Origin: a virus
Taxonomy: Duplodnaviria > Caudoviricetes
Virus record (IMG/VR): IMGVR_UViG_3300037518_000160
Coordinates: 1-40,585 of that record
DNA: 40,585 bases
Strand: one strand, 5' to 3'
The notes under the pieces are model-generated. The model had not been told where the DNA came from and did not search any database. It saw nothing but the letters and a program-made list of their open reading frames with translations. Position numbers and translations under genes: made by a program. This document shows, piece after piece, positions 9,083 through 17,650 of the stretch (positions within the stretch are counted from its first letter, which is position 1; each line of letters starts with the position of its first letter).

Positions 9083-9858
9083 ATATTCTCTCGTACGCGC
9101 CGCACCATGCAACGGCCGGGAGCGCCATGCTCGCCGGTCTGAAGCGCCACGGGGTGCGTGCTTCGATGGGGCAATGGTCCGGTGCGCCCGTGGCGGTTTG
9201 CTGGGGCTGGCGCCGCGCCTCCGCGCTCAGGGGAAAGGCGCAGGTTCTCGTCATGGAGCGGGGCTATGTAGGGGATCGCGTTCACTGGATTTCCCTTGCG
9301 TGGAACGGGCTGAATGGCAGGGGCCAGGTTCCCCCGGTGACGGACGGCGGCGAGCGGTGGCGAAAGCACTTCGCGCACTACCTCGCGCCGTGGAAAGAGG
9401 GCGGTGAAGCGGTGGTGGTCATGGGGCAAGTCCCGGGGGACCAGTCCATCGTCGGGGTGAAGATCGGCGACTGGTACAGGCAGGCTTGTGAAGCCGGGAA
9501 GCGGTTCGGTGAGGTGGTGTTCAGGCCTCACCCTGTGGCCCTGGAGCGCGGTATGCGCGACGCACCCCCGAACTGTGCCCGGGTGCTCAAGGGGTCGCTC
9601 AGCGACGCCCTGGCGCTATCCAAATGCGTTGTCACATACAACTCGAACGCAGGGGTCGATTCGGTGCTTGCCGGGGTGCCGACAATCGCCTGTGACGAGG
9701 GGTCGATGGCCTGGCCGGTGGCGGGGCATGGGCTCGATGCTGACCCGCCGAAGCCCGACCGGGAAGCATGGTGCGCGTCCCTTGCCTGGCGGCAGTGGAC
9801 GAAAGCGGAGATTGAGGCCGGGGAGGCCTGGGAATACTTGAAACAGGAACTTCACTGA
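9073..9858 (+). CDS. KpsS/KpsC-like (Capsule_synth) GT-B glycosyltransferase
   Basis: VMERGY, MGQVPGDQS, FRPHP, VTYNSNAGVDSVLAGVP match the QxxxD/HP/NS motifs of beta-Kdo-transferase-like proteins. Confidence 0.8.
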   Translation: MRVDILSYAPHHATAGSAMLAGLKRHGVRASMGQWSGAPVAVCWGWRRASALRGKAQVLVMERGYVGDRVHWISLAWNGLNGRGQVPPVTDGGERWRKHFAHYLAPWKEGGEAVVVMGQVPGDQSIVGVKIGDWYRQACEAGKRFGEVVFRPHPVALERGMRDAPPNCARVLKGSLSDALALSKCVVTYNSNAGVDSVLAGVPTIACDEGSMAWPVAGHGLDADPPKPDREAWCASLAWRQWTKAEIEAGEAWEYLKQELH

Positions 9859-9870
9859 AGGAGCTGGACT

Positions 9871-10311
9871 ATGTCGGCGACAAATGCCTTCGAGACCTCG
9901 CTGCTCGGTCTCATCATCACCAACGTGGACGCGGCGAACGTCGGCGATGCCGGCGGTTTGCAGCCTTCTGCCACGGCGGGCGTGTTCTGGATTTCCCTGC
10001 ACACGGTCGATCCGGGCGAGACCGGCGATCAGGAATCGAGCGAGGCGGACTACACGAGCTACGGCCGTGTGAGCGTAGCCCGTTCTACCGATGAGTGGAC
10101 GGTGAGCGGGAACACGGCGGACAACGACAACGCCATCACGTTCCCCGAGGCGACGGCCGGTTCGTCCACGGTTACGGATTTCGGGCTGGGCTCTGCCGAG
10201 ACTACCGCCGGCAACCTGTTCCTGTACGGCGCCCTCGGTTCCAGCCTTGCGGTGTCGGACGGCATCACACCCGAGTTCGCCGCCGGCGCGCTCGATATCA
10301 CGCTGGACTGA
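9871..10311 (+). CDS. Virion structural (fibre-associated) protein
   Basis: Acidic, Thr/Ala/Gly-rich; ISLHTVDPGE...YTSYGRVSV...ITFP...PEFAAGALDITLD pattern; strong SD AAGGAG. Confidence 0.65.
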   Translation: MSATNAFETSLLGLIITNVDAANVGDAGGLQPSATAGVFWISLHTVDPGETGDQESSEADYTSYGRVSVARSTDEWTVSGNTADNDNAITFPEATAGSSTVTDFGLGSAETTAGNLFLYGALGSSLAVSDGITPEFAAGALDITLD

Positions 10312-10314
10312 GCG

Positions 10315-10554
10315 ATGGTCGCCATCGTCAACCGTGATCTCTTGAAGCGCCAACGGATCGCCGTGTCAAGCGAAGGCGATCTCGTGGTCATGCAGCTCGG
10401 CAATGTCACGCTGAAGATGCCATACGAGGACGCGCTGCAACTCTCGCAGTGGATTCGCGTCAGGGCGAAGGAAGCCAAGCGCCGAGCGGGGGACACGTCG
10501 CGGCACTGGAGCGTGATCGGAACGCTTCACGATGCGAACGTGACGCGGGGGTGA
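10315..10554 (+). CDS. Hypothetical protein
   Basis: 79-aa ORF in operon. Confidence 0.65.
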   Translation: MVAIVNRDLLKRQRIAVSSEGDLVVMQLGNVTLKMPYEDALQLSQWIRVRAKEAKRRAGDTSRHWSVIGTLHDANVTRG

Positions 10555-10558
10555 CGCA

Positions 10559-10672
10559 ATGAAGACGTGGAAGAAGCCGGAACTGATCCGGCGCTCCATT
10601 CTCCAGGCTCACCGCTTCGGCCGCGTGATGAATAAGCCGCTGAAGATGCCTGTTCAGAAGCCGCAGCAATGA
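10559..10672 (+). CDS. 37-aa basic peptide (MKTWKKPEL...)
   Basis: Read from sequence; ATGA overlap with the next gene. Confidence 0.5.
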   Translation: MKTWKKPELIRRSILQAHRFGRVMNKPLKMPVQKPQQ

Positions 10673-11118
10673 CTCTAAGCCGCACCGCCAAGGCCGGGGA
10701 TTGCATCGTCGTCTACTCAGTAGCGACGGGGCGAGTGCGGCGTATCTACCTCTCCAATCGAGACGACGAGATCAAGCGTGACGATTCCCGCACTGGTGAA
10801 GCGTTCCTGCACGTAGATAGCACGGATGCCAAGGTGGCGCGTGATCTGGATGGGCTTCAGGGGTTGGTCAACGCGCAGACCGGAAAGGTTCCTGCTGGGG
10901 ATCGTTACGTGGTGGTGCAGGATGGGATTGTCAAAGGCGCGATCATCGCCGACCCTGCCTGTGGAGACTCGCTGCCGCGTTCGCAGTTGATCCAGCATGA
11001 GACTGCGGACGAGCGCTGGTCGTTTGTGGACGGCAAGCTCGTGCCGCCTGAGTTGACGCAGGAGCAGATCGAGATTCAAGAGCGCGCCCTTGCTCGGCGC
11101 ACCGTTCGGGCACGCTGA
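10669..11118 (+). CDS. Hypothetical protein (possible fibre chaperone or accessory)
   Basis: 149-aa ORF coupled to the Gly-rich fibre gene. Confidence 0.6.
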   Translation: MTLSRTAKAGDCIVVYSVATGRVRRIYLSNRDDEIKRDDSRTGEAFLHVDSTDAKVARDLDGLQGLVNAQTGKVPAGDRYVVVQDGIVKGAIIADPACGDSLPRSQLIQHETADERWSFVDGKLVPPELTQEQIEIQERALARRTVRAR

Positions 11119-12752
11119 TGGCTACGGTAGTCTTTCTCACGTCTGGCACCTCGGTCGCTACGCCCGGCGACTGGAACGACGCTGACAACTCCATCGAGGT
11201 AATTGGTGGTGGAGCGGGTGGAGAAACTAATTCCGTAACCTATGGCCCCGGTGGTGGTGGGGCGGCCTACAGCGCGATTGTCGATGAGTCGCTATCCGGC
11301 ACGATCACTTACGCAGTAGGAGCCGGTGGTGCTATTTCGACGGATGGCGGCGATACTTGGTTCAACGGAGCTAGTCTTGCAGCTTCCTCAGTAGGTGCTA
11401 AGGGTGGTGATGCCTCGGCGAACGGTGTTGCGGGTGGTGCTGGTGGCGCTTCGGCTGATGGCGTAGGAACGACCAAAAATTCTGGTGGGGCTGGGGGTTC
11501 CGCATTCGGCAGCGCTGATGTAGGTGGTGCCGGTGGTGGCGGTGCTGGTGGGCCAAACGGTGCCGGAGCCAAGGGCGGGAACCTTGTAGACGGCGGTAGT
11601 TCAACCGCCGATTCAGGGACCGGAGGCGGTGGTGCAGACGGCGGTTCCGCTGCGGCGAACTTACCAGACTTTTTTACTGCTACGGCAGGCGGAAACAACA
11701 GAAACGCTACCGGGGGTGGCACTGCTGGTTTTAACTCCGTAGGCGGTGCCGGTTCAAACGGTGGTGGCGGCGGCGGTGGCGACGGCGGCGACTTCACGGG
11801 GGGCGCTGGAAGCGCAGAGACAATATGGACTCAGACCTCGGACAGCGCAACGGCTGGTCCCGGTTCTGGTGGTGGAGGCGCATCCAGCACCGAGACTGGC
11901 ACAGCCGCCGCAGGCGCTGCGGGAGCTTTGTACGGCGGTGGCGGTGGCGGCGGAGGGTTCGACGGTGGTAACGGCGGCGTAGGCCGTCAGGGCATCATCG
12001 TACTTACTTACGAGCCTGCGGCGGCGGGCGGCGCGATCGACGGCACCGCTGATCTGGCATTCTCGAATGCTGGCGCGCTGACTGGCACGGGTGCTCTTGC
12101 CGGCGCGGCCGCGCTGGCCTTCAGCAATGCCGGGGCGCTGTCTGGCCTCGGAGAGTTGGCCGGTGCTTCGGACCTGGCATTCAGCAACTCCGGCGTGCTG
12201 CAAGGCGATGGAGAGCTTGCTGGTGCTGCAGCTCTTGCGTTCACGAACGCCGGGGCGCTGACGGGCACAGGCGAACTGGCGGGCGCGGCCGATCTCGCTT
12301 TCGAGATTACCGGCACGCTGAACGTACCCGATGGCGCACTCTCGGGCGTGGCGTCGCTTAGCTTTGCGAATGCCGGGGAACTGGCTGGAAGCGGTGCACT
12401 CGCGGGCGCGGCTGCGTTGTCCTTTGCCAATGCCGCAGTCTTGCATGGCGTGGGTGCGTTGTCCGGTGTTGCCGAGCTCGCGTTCGACGCCAGCGGCACG
12501 CTGACGCTTCCCGGCAGCATCACTGGCACGGCCGAGATCACCTTTGCGCCATCCGGAACCTTGGTGGGCAAGGGTGCGCTGGCTGGTGTGTGCGCGATCA
12601 CCTGGACGGCGAGCGCAACCGCAACGCAGGACAAGCGCGGGCGCATTGCCATCTCGGAATCTTCAACAGGAGTCGCCGTGGATAGCGTGGTGGTGAACCG
12701 TGTGGTGCTCGGTGATTCTGCGGTGAACTCAATCAGCTCGGGGGATTCGTGA
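11118..12752 (+). CDS. Glycine-rich fibre-like protein with ten C-terminal 20-aa repeats
   Basis: N-terminal IEVIGGGAGG...GRQGIIVLTY Gly-rich domain, then G-x-L-x-G-x-A-x-L-x-F repeats. Confidence 0.75.
   Translation: MATVVFLTSGTSVATPGDWNDADNSIEVIGGGAGGETNSVTYGPGGGGAAYSAIVDESLSGTITYAVGAGGAISTDGGDTWFNGASLAASSVGAKGGDASANGVAGGAGGASADGVGTTKNSGGAGGSAFGSADVGGAGGGGAGGPNGAGAKGGNLVDGGSSTADSGTGGGGADGGSAAANLPDFFTATAGGNNRNATGGGTAGFNSVGGAGSNGGGGGGGDGGDFTGGAGSAETIWTQTSDSATAGPGSGGGGASSTETGTAAAGAAGALYGGGGGGGGFDGGNGGVGRQGIIVLTYEPAAAGGAIDGTADLAFSNAGALTGTGALAGAAALAFSNAGALSGLGELAGASDLAFSNSGVLQGDGELAGAAALAFTNAGALTGTGELAGAADLAFEITGTLNVPDGALSGVASLSFANAGELAGSGALAGAAALSFANAAVLHGVGALSGVAELAFDASGTLTLPGSITGTAEITFAPSGTLVGKGALAGVCAITWTASATATQDKRGRIAISESSTGVAVDSVVVNRVVLGDSAVNSISSGDS
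12030..12632 (+). repeat. Ten degenerate ~60-nt (20-aa) tandem repeats
   Basis: GAIDGTADLAFSNAGALTGT / GALAGAAALAFSNAGALSGL / GELAGASDLAFSNSGVLQGD and so on. Confidence 0.9.
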
Positions 12753-13072
12753 CAATTTCGGTGTACCAGGTCGGCGACCTTGCAAGAGTGACCGGGGTCT
12801 TTACGAATCCCGCGGAAACAGAGATCGACCCGACCGGGCTTTCCTTCTTCTACACGACGCCGGCCGGGGTGACGACTGAGCTTGTCCATGGAACCGACGC
12901 CGCGCTCGTCAAGGATTCTGTAGGCAACTACCACGTAGATGTGGACGTGACCGAAGCCGGGGAATGGCACTACCGATGGGAGTCGACCGGCACGGGTCAA
13001 GCGGGCCAGAACGGACAGTTCATGGTCGAGCCGAGTTCCTTCGTTTCTAACGTGTCCTCGCCGGAGGAGTGA
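12749..13072 (+). CDS. Small beta-rich virion protein (possible fibre adaptor, BppU-N-like)
   Basis: VGD...DPTG...TPAG...GNYHVDVD...AGEWHYRW pattern; position before the connector. Confidence 0.55.
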   Translation: MTISVYQVGDLARVTGVFTNPAETEIDPTGLSFFYTTPAGVTTELVHGTDAALVKDSVGNYHVDVDVTEAGEWHYRWESTGTGQAGQNGQFMVEPSSFVSNVSSPEE

Positions 13073-13626
13073 TGGCCGAGAAACTGATTACCGCACCGGC
13101 GGTCGAGCCGATCACGCTGGAAGAGGCAAGGCTTTACCTTCGCGCGTCGACTACAGCGGAGGATGCCTTGGTGATGGGCATGCTCTTCGCATCTCGGGAG
13201 TTCGCCGAGCAATACACCGAGCGGGCCTTTGTCACGCAGACCTGGGAGTTGTCGCTGGACGCCTTCCCTCGCCGGGGCTGGATCGAGATTCCGAAGGGCA
13301 CGCTCCAGTCCGTGACCTCGGTGACCTACACCGACGAAAACGGTGCCGGGCAGACTCTCGCAACGTCGGTCTACGATGTGGACACTAGGCGAGACCCCGG
13401 GAGGATCATGCTGGCCGAGAATGAGTCCTGGCCCACCACGGACTACCAGCCGAACGCTGTCGTCATCAAGTTCGTCTGTGGGTATGGACTTGCCGCGGCA
13501 GTTCCGTATTCGATCCGGGCAGCCATTCAACTGCTCGTGCAGTACTTCGAGCAGCGGGATGCGAGCGCGCATGTCATGCAGGCCGCTGAAGCCCTGCTCA
13601 GTCCATACCGGATTCTGCGCGCGTGA
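13072..13626 (+). CDS. Head-tail connector (HK97 gp6 / phiE125 gp8-like)
   Basis: PAVEPITLEEARLYLR, AEQYTERAFVTQTW, VPYSIRAAI, LLSPYR. Confidence 0.92.
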   Translation: MAEKLITAPAVEPITLEEARLYLRASTTAEDALVMGMLFASREFAEQYTERAFVTQTWELSLDAFPRRGWIEIPKGTLQSVTSVTYTDENGAGQTLATSVYDVDTRRDPGRIMLAENESWPTTDYQPNAVVIKFVCGYGLAAAVPYSIRAAIQLLVQYFEQRDASAHVMQAAEALLSPYRILRA

Positions 13627-13961
13627 GAGACCACCCGGTTCATCTCGGGGAACTCACAGAACAGATAGAGCTATATCACCGCACGCTCACCGATGACGGC
13701 TCCGGGGGCGCGACGATGACCGAGACGCTCTACGCCACGGTGTGGGCGCACATGCGGCCGATGAGCGGGCGCGAGCAGGAGCAGGCCATGCGCAGCGAAT
13801 CACGCTCGAGGTTCCTCGCCGTCATTCGGAACAGAACGGATGTGGTGCAGACCGACATCCTGAAGTGGGACGGGCGCGAGTTCAACGTGAACTTCATCAA
13901 GCTGCGCGGCTTTCGTGGCCTGTACCTTGAGATGGAATGCGAGCTGGGGGCGTCCGTCTAG
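13623..13961 (+). CDS. Head closure / head-tail adaptor
   Basis: DDGSGG...TVWAHMRPMSGRE...IR...WDGREFNV. Confidence 0.9.
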   Translation: MRDHPVHLGELTEQIELYHRTLTDDGSGGATMTETLYATVWAHMRPMSGREQEQAMRSESRSRFLAVIRNRTDVVQTDILKWDGREFNVNFIKLRGFRGLYLEMECELGASV

Positions 13962-14377
13962 TGGCCCGCGACAACATCAGCATGCAGATATTCGGCATCG
14001 AGGAGTTGAAGAAGATGCTGACGAACTACGCGCCGAACGAGGCCCGGAACATCCTGCGCCAGACCGTGCACGGGCTTGCCGGGAAGACTCGGGACGTGCT
14101 GAAACGCAGGGTGAAGAAACGCTACCGCAGGCTGGAGCGGTCCATCAAGGCCGTCAGGCGCAGGAGCAAGAACTTCGAGCACGTCTCAGAGGTGAGGGGT
14201 GGTGCTACGGCGCCATACGGATTCCTGCTCGAGTACGGTACGTCGAAAACCAGGGCGCAGCCGTTCATCACGCCGGGAGTCGAGGAGCTTCGCCCGAAGA
14301 TGGCCGAGATATACCGTCAGGAGTTCGGCAAGCAGCTTGAGCGTGTCCTGAAACGCCGCGCGAAGATGCCAAAATGA
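13961..14377 (+). CDS. HK97 gp10-family tail completion protein
   Basis: IFGIEEL, APYGFLLEYGTSKTRAQPFITP. Confidence 0.9.
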   Translation: MARDNISMQIFGIEELKKMLTNYAPNEARNILRQTVHGLAGKTRDVLKRRVKKRYRRLERSIKAVRRRSKNFEHVSEVRGGATAPYGFLLEYGTSKTRAQPFITPGVEELRPKMAEIYRQEFGKQLERVLKRRAKMPK

Positions 14378-14826
14378 GCGGCGAGTCGGTACTGCACGAT
14401 GCTCTCATAGACGCGCTGCGGGCGGATTCGTCCTTGGCTGCGTTGCTGGCGGATCACTCGTATTCGAGCGAGTCTCCGGTTCCGTCGGCGGTGTACGAGT
14501 ACGTCGAGCAGCCTGTCGCTGCTGAAGCTGAGTCCAACTTCCCCTACGTGGTGGTGGGCGATACCACTGGCGCCGAGTTCGACACCGATGACGTGAACGG
14601 CCAGGAGCACACGGTCACGCTTCACATCTGGGACAGGTATAGGGGCGGCAAGCGGGTGCGCGATGTTGCGGATGCGCTGTACGCTGCCCTGCATACCGTG
14701 GCTATTGCGGTGGCCGGCCGGCACACGGTGTACTGCTACTACGAGTTCGGTGAGTCTGTTCCAGATCCCGACGTTCGCACGCAGCACAGGGTGACGAGAT
14801 TCCGAATCGTCACGCAAGAGACGTAG
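14374..14826 (+). CDS. Tail terminator (DUF3168-like)
   Basis: FPYVVVG, HTVTLHIW, VADALYAALH. Confidence 0.88.
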   Translation: MSGESVLHDALIDALRADSSLAALLADHSYSSESPVPSAVYEYVEQPVAAEAESNFPYVVVGDTTGAEFDTDDVNGQEHTVTLHIWDRYRGGKRVRDVADALYAALHTVAIAVAGRHTVYCYYEFGESVPDPDVRTQHRVTRFRIVTQET

Positions 14827-14846
14827 TTCCCCGAGTGTTTCAACCC

Positions 14847-14867
14847 GGGCCCGCGAGGGCCTTTTTC
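14847..14867 (+). promoter_or_regulatory. Hairpin plus U-tract upstream of the tail tube RBS
   Basis: GGGCCC-GCGA-GGGCCT-TTTTC then TGGAGGT. Confidence 0.6.
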
Positions 14868-14884
14868 ATTTGTGGAGGTAGAGC

Positions 14885-15277
14885 ATGACTGCCCTTGCTG
14901 GTCGTCTTATCGTTGTGAGCCGCGGCGGGACGCCCGTTGCTGGTGTTCGCGTAAAGGGTCTCGCCGTTGCGGGTTCGTCCATCAACATCACCACGGACGA
15001 CGACGCTGGCTGGCAAGCCCTGCTGTCGGTGGTCGGTGAGTTGGCCGTGACCATCACGGTCTCCGGCATCAAGCTGGACGACACGCTGCTGAACGCATCC
15101 CTCACCCCTACGGGTAGGACTGCGGCCATGACTTTCGAGTATGGCGACTCGTCCCCGCCCCGCCAGGTGTCGGGCGATTTCTTCCTCGCCAACTATAACG
15201 AGGGCGCCGAGTACCAGGGTGCCGGCACGTTCGACGCCGAGTTCCAGAGCAACGGGGCCGTTAGCGGCACGGCGTAA
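14885..15277 (+). CDS. Major tail tube protein (TP901-1-like)
   Basis: INITTDDDAGWQALL, ITVSG, TFDAEFQSNGAV; strong SD. Confidence 0.88.
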   Translation: MTALAGRLIVVSRGGTPVAGVRVKGLAVAGSSINITTDDDAGWQALLSVVGELAVTITVSGIKLDDTLLNASLTPTGRTAAMTFEYGDSSPPRQVSGDFFLANYNEGAEYQGAGTFDAEFQSNGAVSGTA

Positions 15278-15280
15278 CCG

Positions 15281-15688
15281 ATGGCGGTATTCCAGGAGGT
15301 CTCCCTTGAGTGGGAGGGGAAGAAGTACGTCATTGCGCCGGAGGGGATGCTGCGCGCCATTTGCGAAGTCGAGGACGTGCTGTCCTACGGGGCGCTTGCT
15401 CTGGCTTCGGTCATGGCGCGCACCGCGCCCGGGGAATTGCCGCTCGGCAAGATGTCCGCCGCTCTTGCGATCTTCATCCGCCACGGCGGGGGCGAGGTAA
15501 GCGGAGATCAGATTTTCGGCGCCCTGTTCAAGGATAGAGGGAAGTCGCTGACCGAGAACGCATTGCGGGCGCTTCTCTCGCTGCAGGCGTTGATGATCCC
15601 GCCCGAGCATCTGAGGGGCAAGCCGGGAAAGTCAGAAGCGGCGACCGCGCGGGCTCGGCCGTCGCGGAAAGCTACAAGCTCGTCATAG
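15281..15688 (+). CDS. Tail assembly chaperone (gpG-like)
   Basis: Between tube and TMP; contains slippery G GGA AAG. Confidence 0.8.
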   Translation: MAVFQEVSLEWEGKKYVIAPEGMLRAICEVEDVLSYGALALASVMARTAPGELPLGKMSAALAIFIRHGGGEVSGDQIFGALFKDRGKSLTENALRALLSLQALMIPPEHLRGKPGKSEAATARARPSRKATSSS

Positions 15689-15852
15689 GTCAGGGCTGGG
15701 CGAGCCCTGAGTATTTCTGGCGAATGCATCCCACCGAGTTGTGGTGGCTGATCGAAGCGAAGATGCCCCCCAAACGATACGGACTGCTCACAGAGAACGA
15801 AATGGCCGACCTCTATGACGACATGAAGAAGAAGGGGCTGCTCGATGGCTGA
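15625..15852 (+). CDS. -1 frameshift extension (gpGT-like); slippery GGGAAAG at 15625-15631
   Basis: The -1 frame reads GKVRSG...GWASPEYFWRMHPTELWW...GLLDG*, a typical chaperone C-terminal motif, ending over the TMP start. Confidence 0.85.
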   Translation, partial: GKVRSGDRAGSAVAESYKLVIGQGWASPEYFWRMHPTELWWLIEAKMPPKRYGLLTENEMADLYDDMKKKGLLDG

Positions 15853-17650
15853 GCCCGTGGGCGGACTTTTCGTCCGCGTAGGAGCAGATTTTTCCTCGTT
15901 CGTCGGCGCCTTCGAGAAGGCGGACACGAAGGTCAAGAAATTCTCGCGCCAGTTCAACAAGCATGCCGAGAGCGTGGCGAAAGTCACCGCTGCAATAGCA
16001 GCGGCCGGCGTTGCCATTCTCGCGCTCACGAAGCGCGTGACCGATGTCGGCGACAAGTTCGCCAAGATGAGCGTGAAGGTGGGGGCGTCGACGGAGTTCC
16101 TGTCGGCGTTTGCCCATGCTGCCGACCTTGGCGGGGTGTCGGTCGAGCAGATGGAAAAGGGCATTGGGCGCATGACGCGAACGATGTCCGATGCCTCGAA
16201 CGGTCTTGCCACTGCGCAGCGCAGCTTCAACCAGCTCGGCGTAGAGGTGCAGGCCGCGGACGGGTCGCTGCGCGAGGTGCCCGATGTAATCCTCGAAGTG
16301 GCCGATCGCTTCAAGGGCATGACTGACCAGACTAAGGCTGCCGCTCTTGCGCAGGAAATCTTCGGCCGTTCCGGGCTTGGACTCCTGCCGACGCTGAAGC
16401 TGGGCTCGGCTGCCATTCGAGAGCAGATGGAAGAAGCCAAGCGCCTGGGCATCGTGTGGAGTACGGATGCGGCCAAGGCCGCCGAGGAATACAACGACAA
16501 CCTGCTCAGGGTGCAGCGGGCGGCAGAGGGGCTGTCTCGGACGCTTGTCGGGCCGCTGGTAGAGGGGCTGAACAAGGCCGCGCTCGCCATGCTGGAAGCC
16601 CAGAAGAATGGCGAGAGTTTCTTCCGCACGATCATCGAGGGGTTCCGCACGCTCGTCACCGGTGACGACGTGCACAAGTGGAACGTCGAGATGTCCGAGG
16701 CGGGGGAGGCTTTGCTCAAGGCGCAGAACAAGGTCGACCAGGCCCGCAGGCTGGCCGGGCGGCGCGGCACGAACGAGGTCGGGCTGAACATGCTGCGGCT
16801 GGCGAACGAGGAGCTTGCCAAGGTCGAGGCCAACATCAAACGGCTGCAGGCGATCAAGCCGATTCTCGCGCCGGATGCTCCAGACTCGAAACCTGAGCAG
16901 AAGGGAAAGCCAGCTCCTGCGCCCTTCGATGCGGAGGCGGCCAAAGAGATTGCCAAGCGCGAACAGGAAGTGCGAGACCTCATGCACAGCGTGCAGGAGC
17001 AAAACGACAAGCGCGAGCTTGATCAGGTCAGGCTGAAGATCGAAGAGCGCAAGAGGATAGAGGACGAAGCTGCGCAGGCGCGGCTGGATGCCATCGATTG
17101 GGAGCAGGGTGAGGCTATCAGGCGTGGCGAGGAGGAGCTTGCCATTGCAAGGCAGATTGCCGAGCAGAAGAAGGCCGAGCTGCAGCGCGAACTGGCTGCC
17201 CGGCAGACGTTCTTCAACAACCTGGCGGGGCTGATGAACACGAGCTCGAAGAAGGCTTTCGAGTTCGGGAAGAAGGTGTCGATCGCCCAAGCCGCTGTGA
17301 AGGGCGCGCAGGCTGTCATGGACGCCTGGCAGGCGGGGATGTCCACGGGAGGCCCGTGGGCGCCGGTGGTGGCGGCTGCGTATGCCGGAGCGGCTGCGCT
17401 GAACGCGGCGAACATCATCGGCAACATCCGCAGCCAGCAGTTCGGGGGCGGTGGAGGGACGCCTGTCGCGCCGAGCCAGGGCTCGAGCGGGGTGTCTCCT
17501 GTAGGCGCCGGTGGGGCGGGCCCTCAAGCCCGTGGCCCGGACACTATCATCAAGATCACCGGGGACACGTTCTCGCAGCGTCAGGTGCGCGAGCTGGTCG
17601 AGCGAATCAACGAGGGCCAGCGTGACGGCGGCCGGCTGGTGCTGGCATGA
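15845..17650 (+). CDS. Tail tape measure protein (601 aa)
   Basis: LFVRVGAD N-terminus, helical Ala/Glu/Lys-rich, AQEIFGRSG motif. Confidence 0.93.
   Translation: MAEPVGGLFVRVGADFSSFVGAFEKADTKVKKFSRQFNKHAESVAKVTAAIAAAGVAILALTKRVTDVGDKFAKMSVKVGASTEFLSAFAHAADLGGVSVEQMEKGIGRMTRTMSDASNGLATAQRSFNQLGVEVQAADGSLREVPDVILEVADRFKGMTDQTKAAALAQEIFGRSGLGLLPTLKLGSAAIREQMEEAKRLGIVWSTDAAKAAEEYNDNLLRVQRAAEGLSRTLVGPLVEGLNKAALAMLEAQKNGESFFRTIIEGFRTLVTGDDVHKWNVEMSEAGEALLKAQNKVDQARRLAGRRGTNEVGLNMLRLANEELAKVEANIKRLQAIKPILAPDAPDSKPEQKGKPAPAPFDAEAAKEIAKREQEVRDLMHSVQEQNDKRELDQVRLKIEERKRIEDEAAQARLDAIDWEQGEAIRRGEEELAIARQIAEQKKAELQRELAARQTFFNNLAGLMNTSSKKAFEFGKKVSIAQAAVKGAQAVMDAWQAGMSTGGPWAPVVAAAYAGAAALNAANIIGNIRSQQFGGGGGTPVAPSQGSSGVSPVGAGGAGPQARGPDTIIKITGDTFSQRQVRELVERINEGQRDGGRLVLA

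Noticed and set aside
5630-9858. Cluster as a DNA hypermodification or O-antigen conversion locus
   Set aside because: Not excluded but less likely: it lies in the late structural operon and lacks base hydroxymethylase/TET, polymerase, and membrane GtrABC or acyltransferase components
11118-12632. GGC/GGT-rich and 60-nt repeats as a CRISPR array or DGR template
   Set aside because: Repeats are coding and degenerate at third positions, have no spacers, and no cas or reverse transcriptase gene is present
15508-17527. Long antisense ORFs over TMP (also over terL, capsid, fibre and MTase genes)
   Set aside because: Shadow ORFs expected from high-GC codon bias; no motifs or RBS
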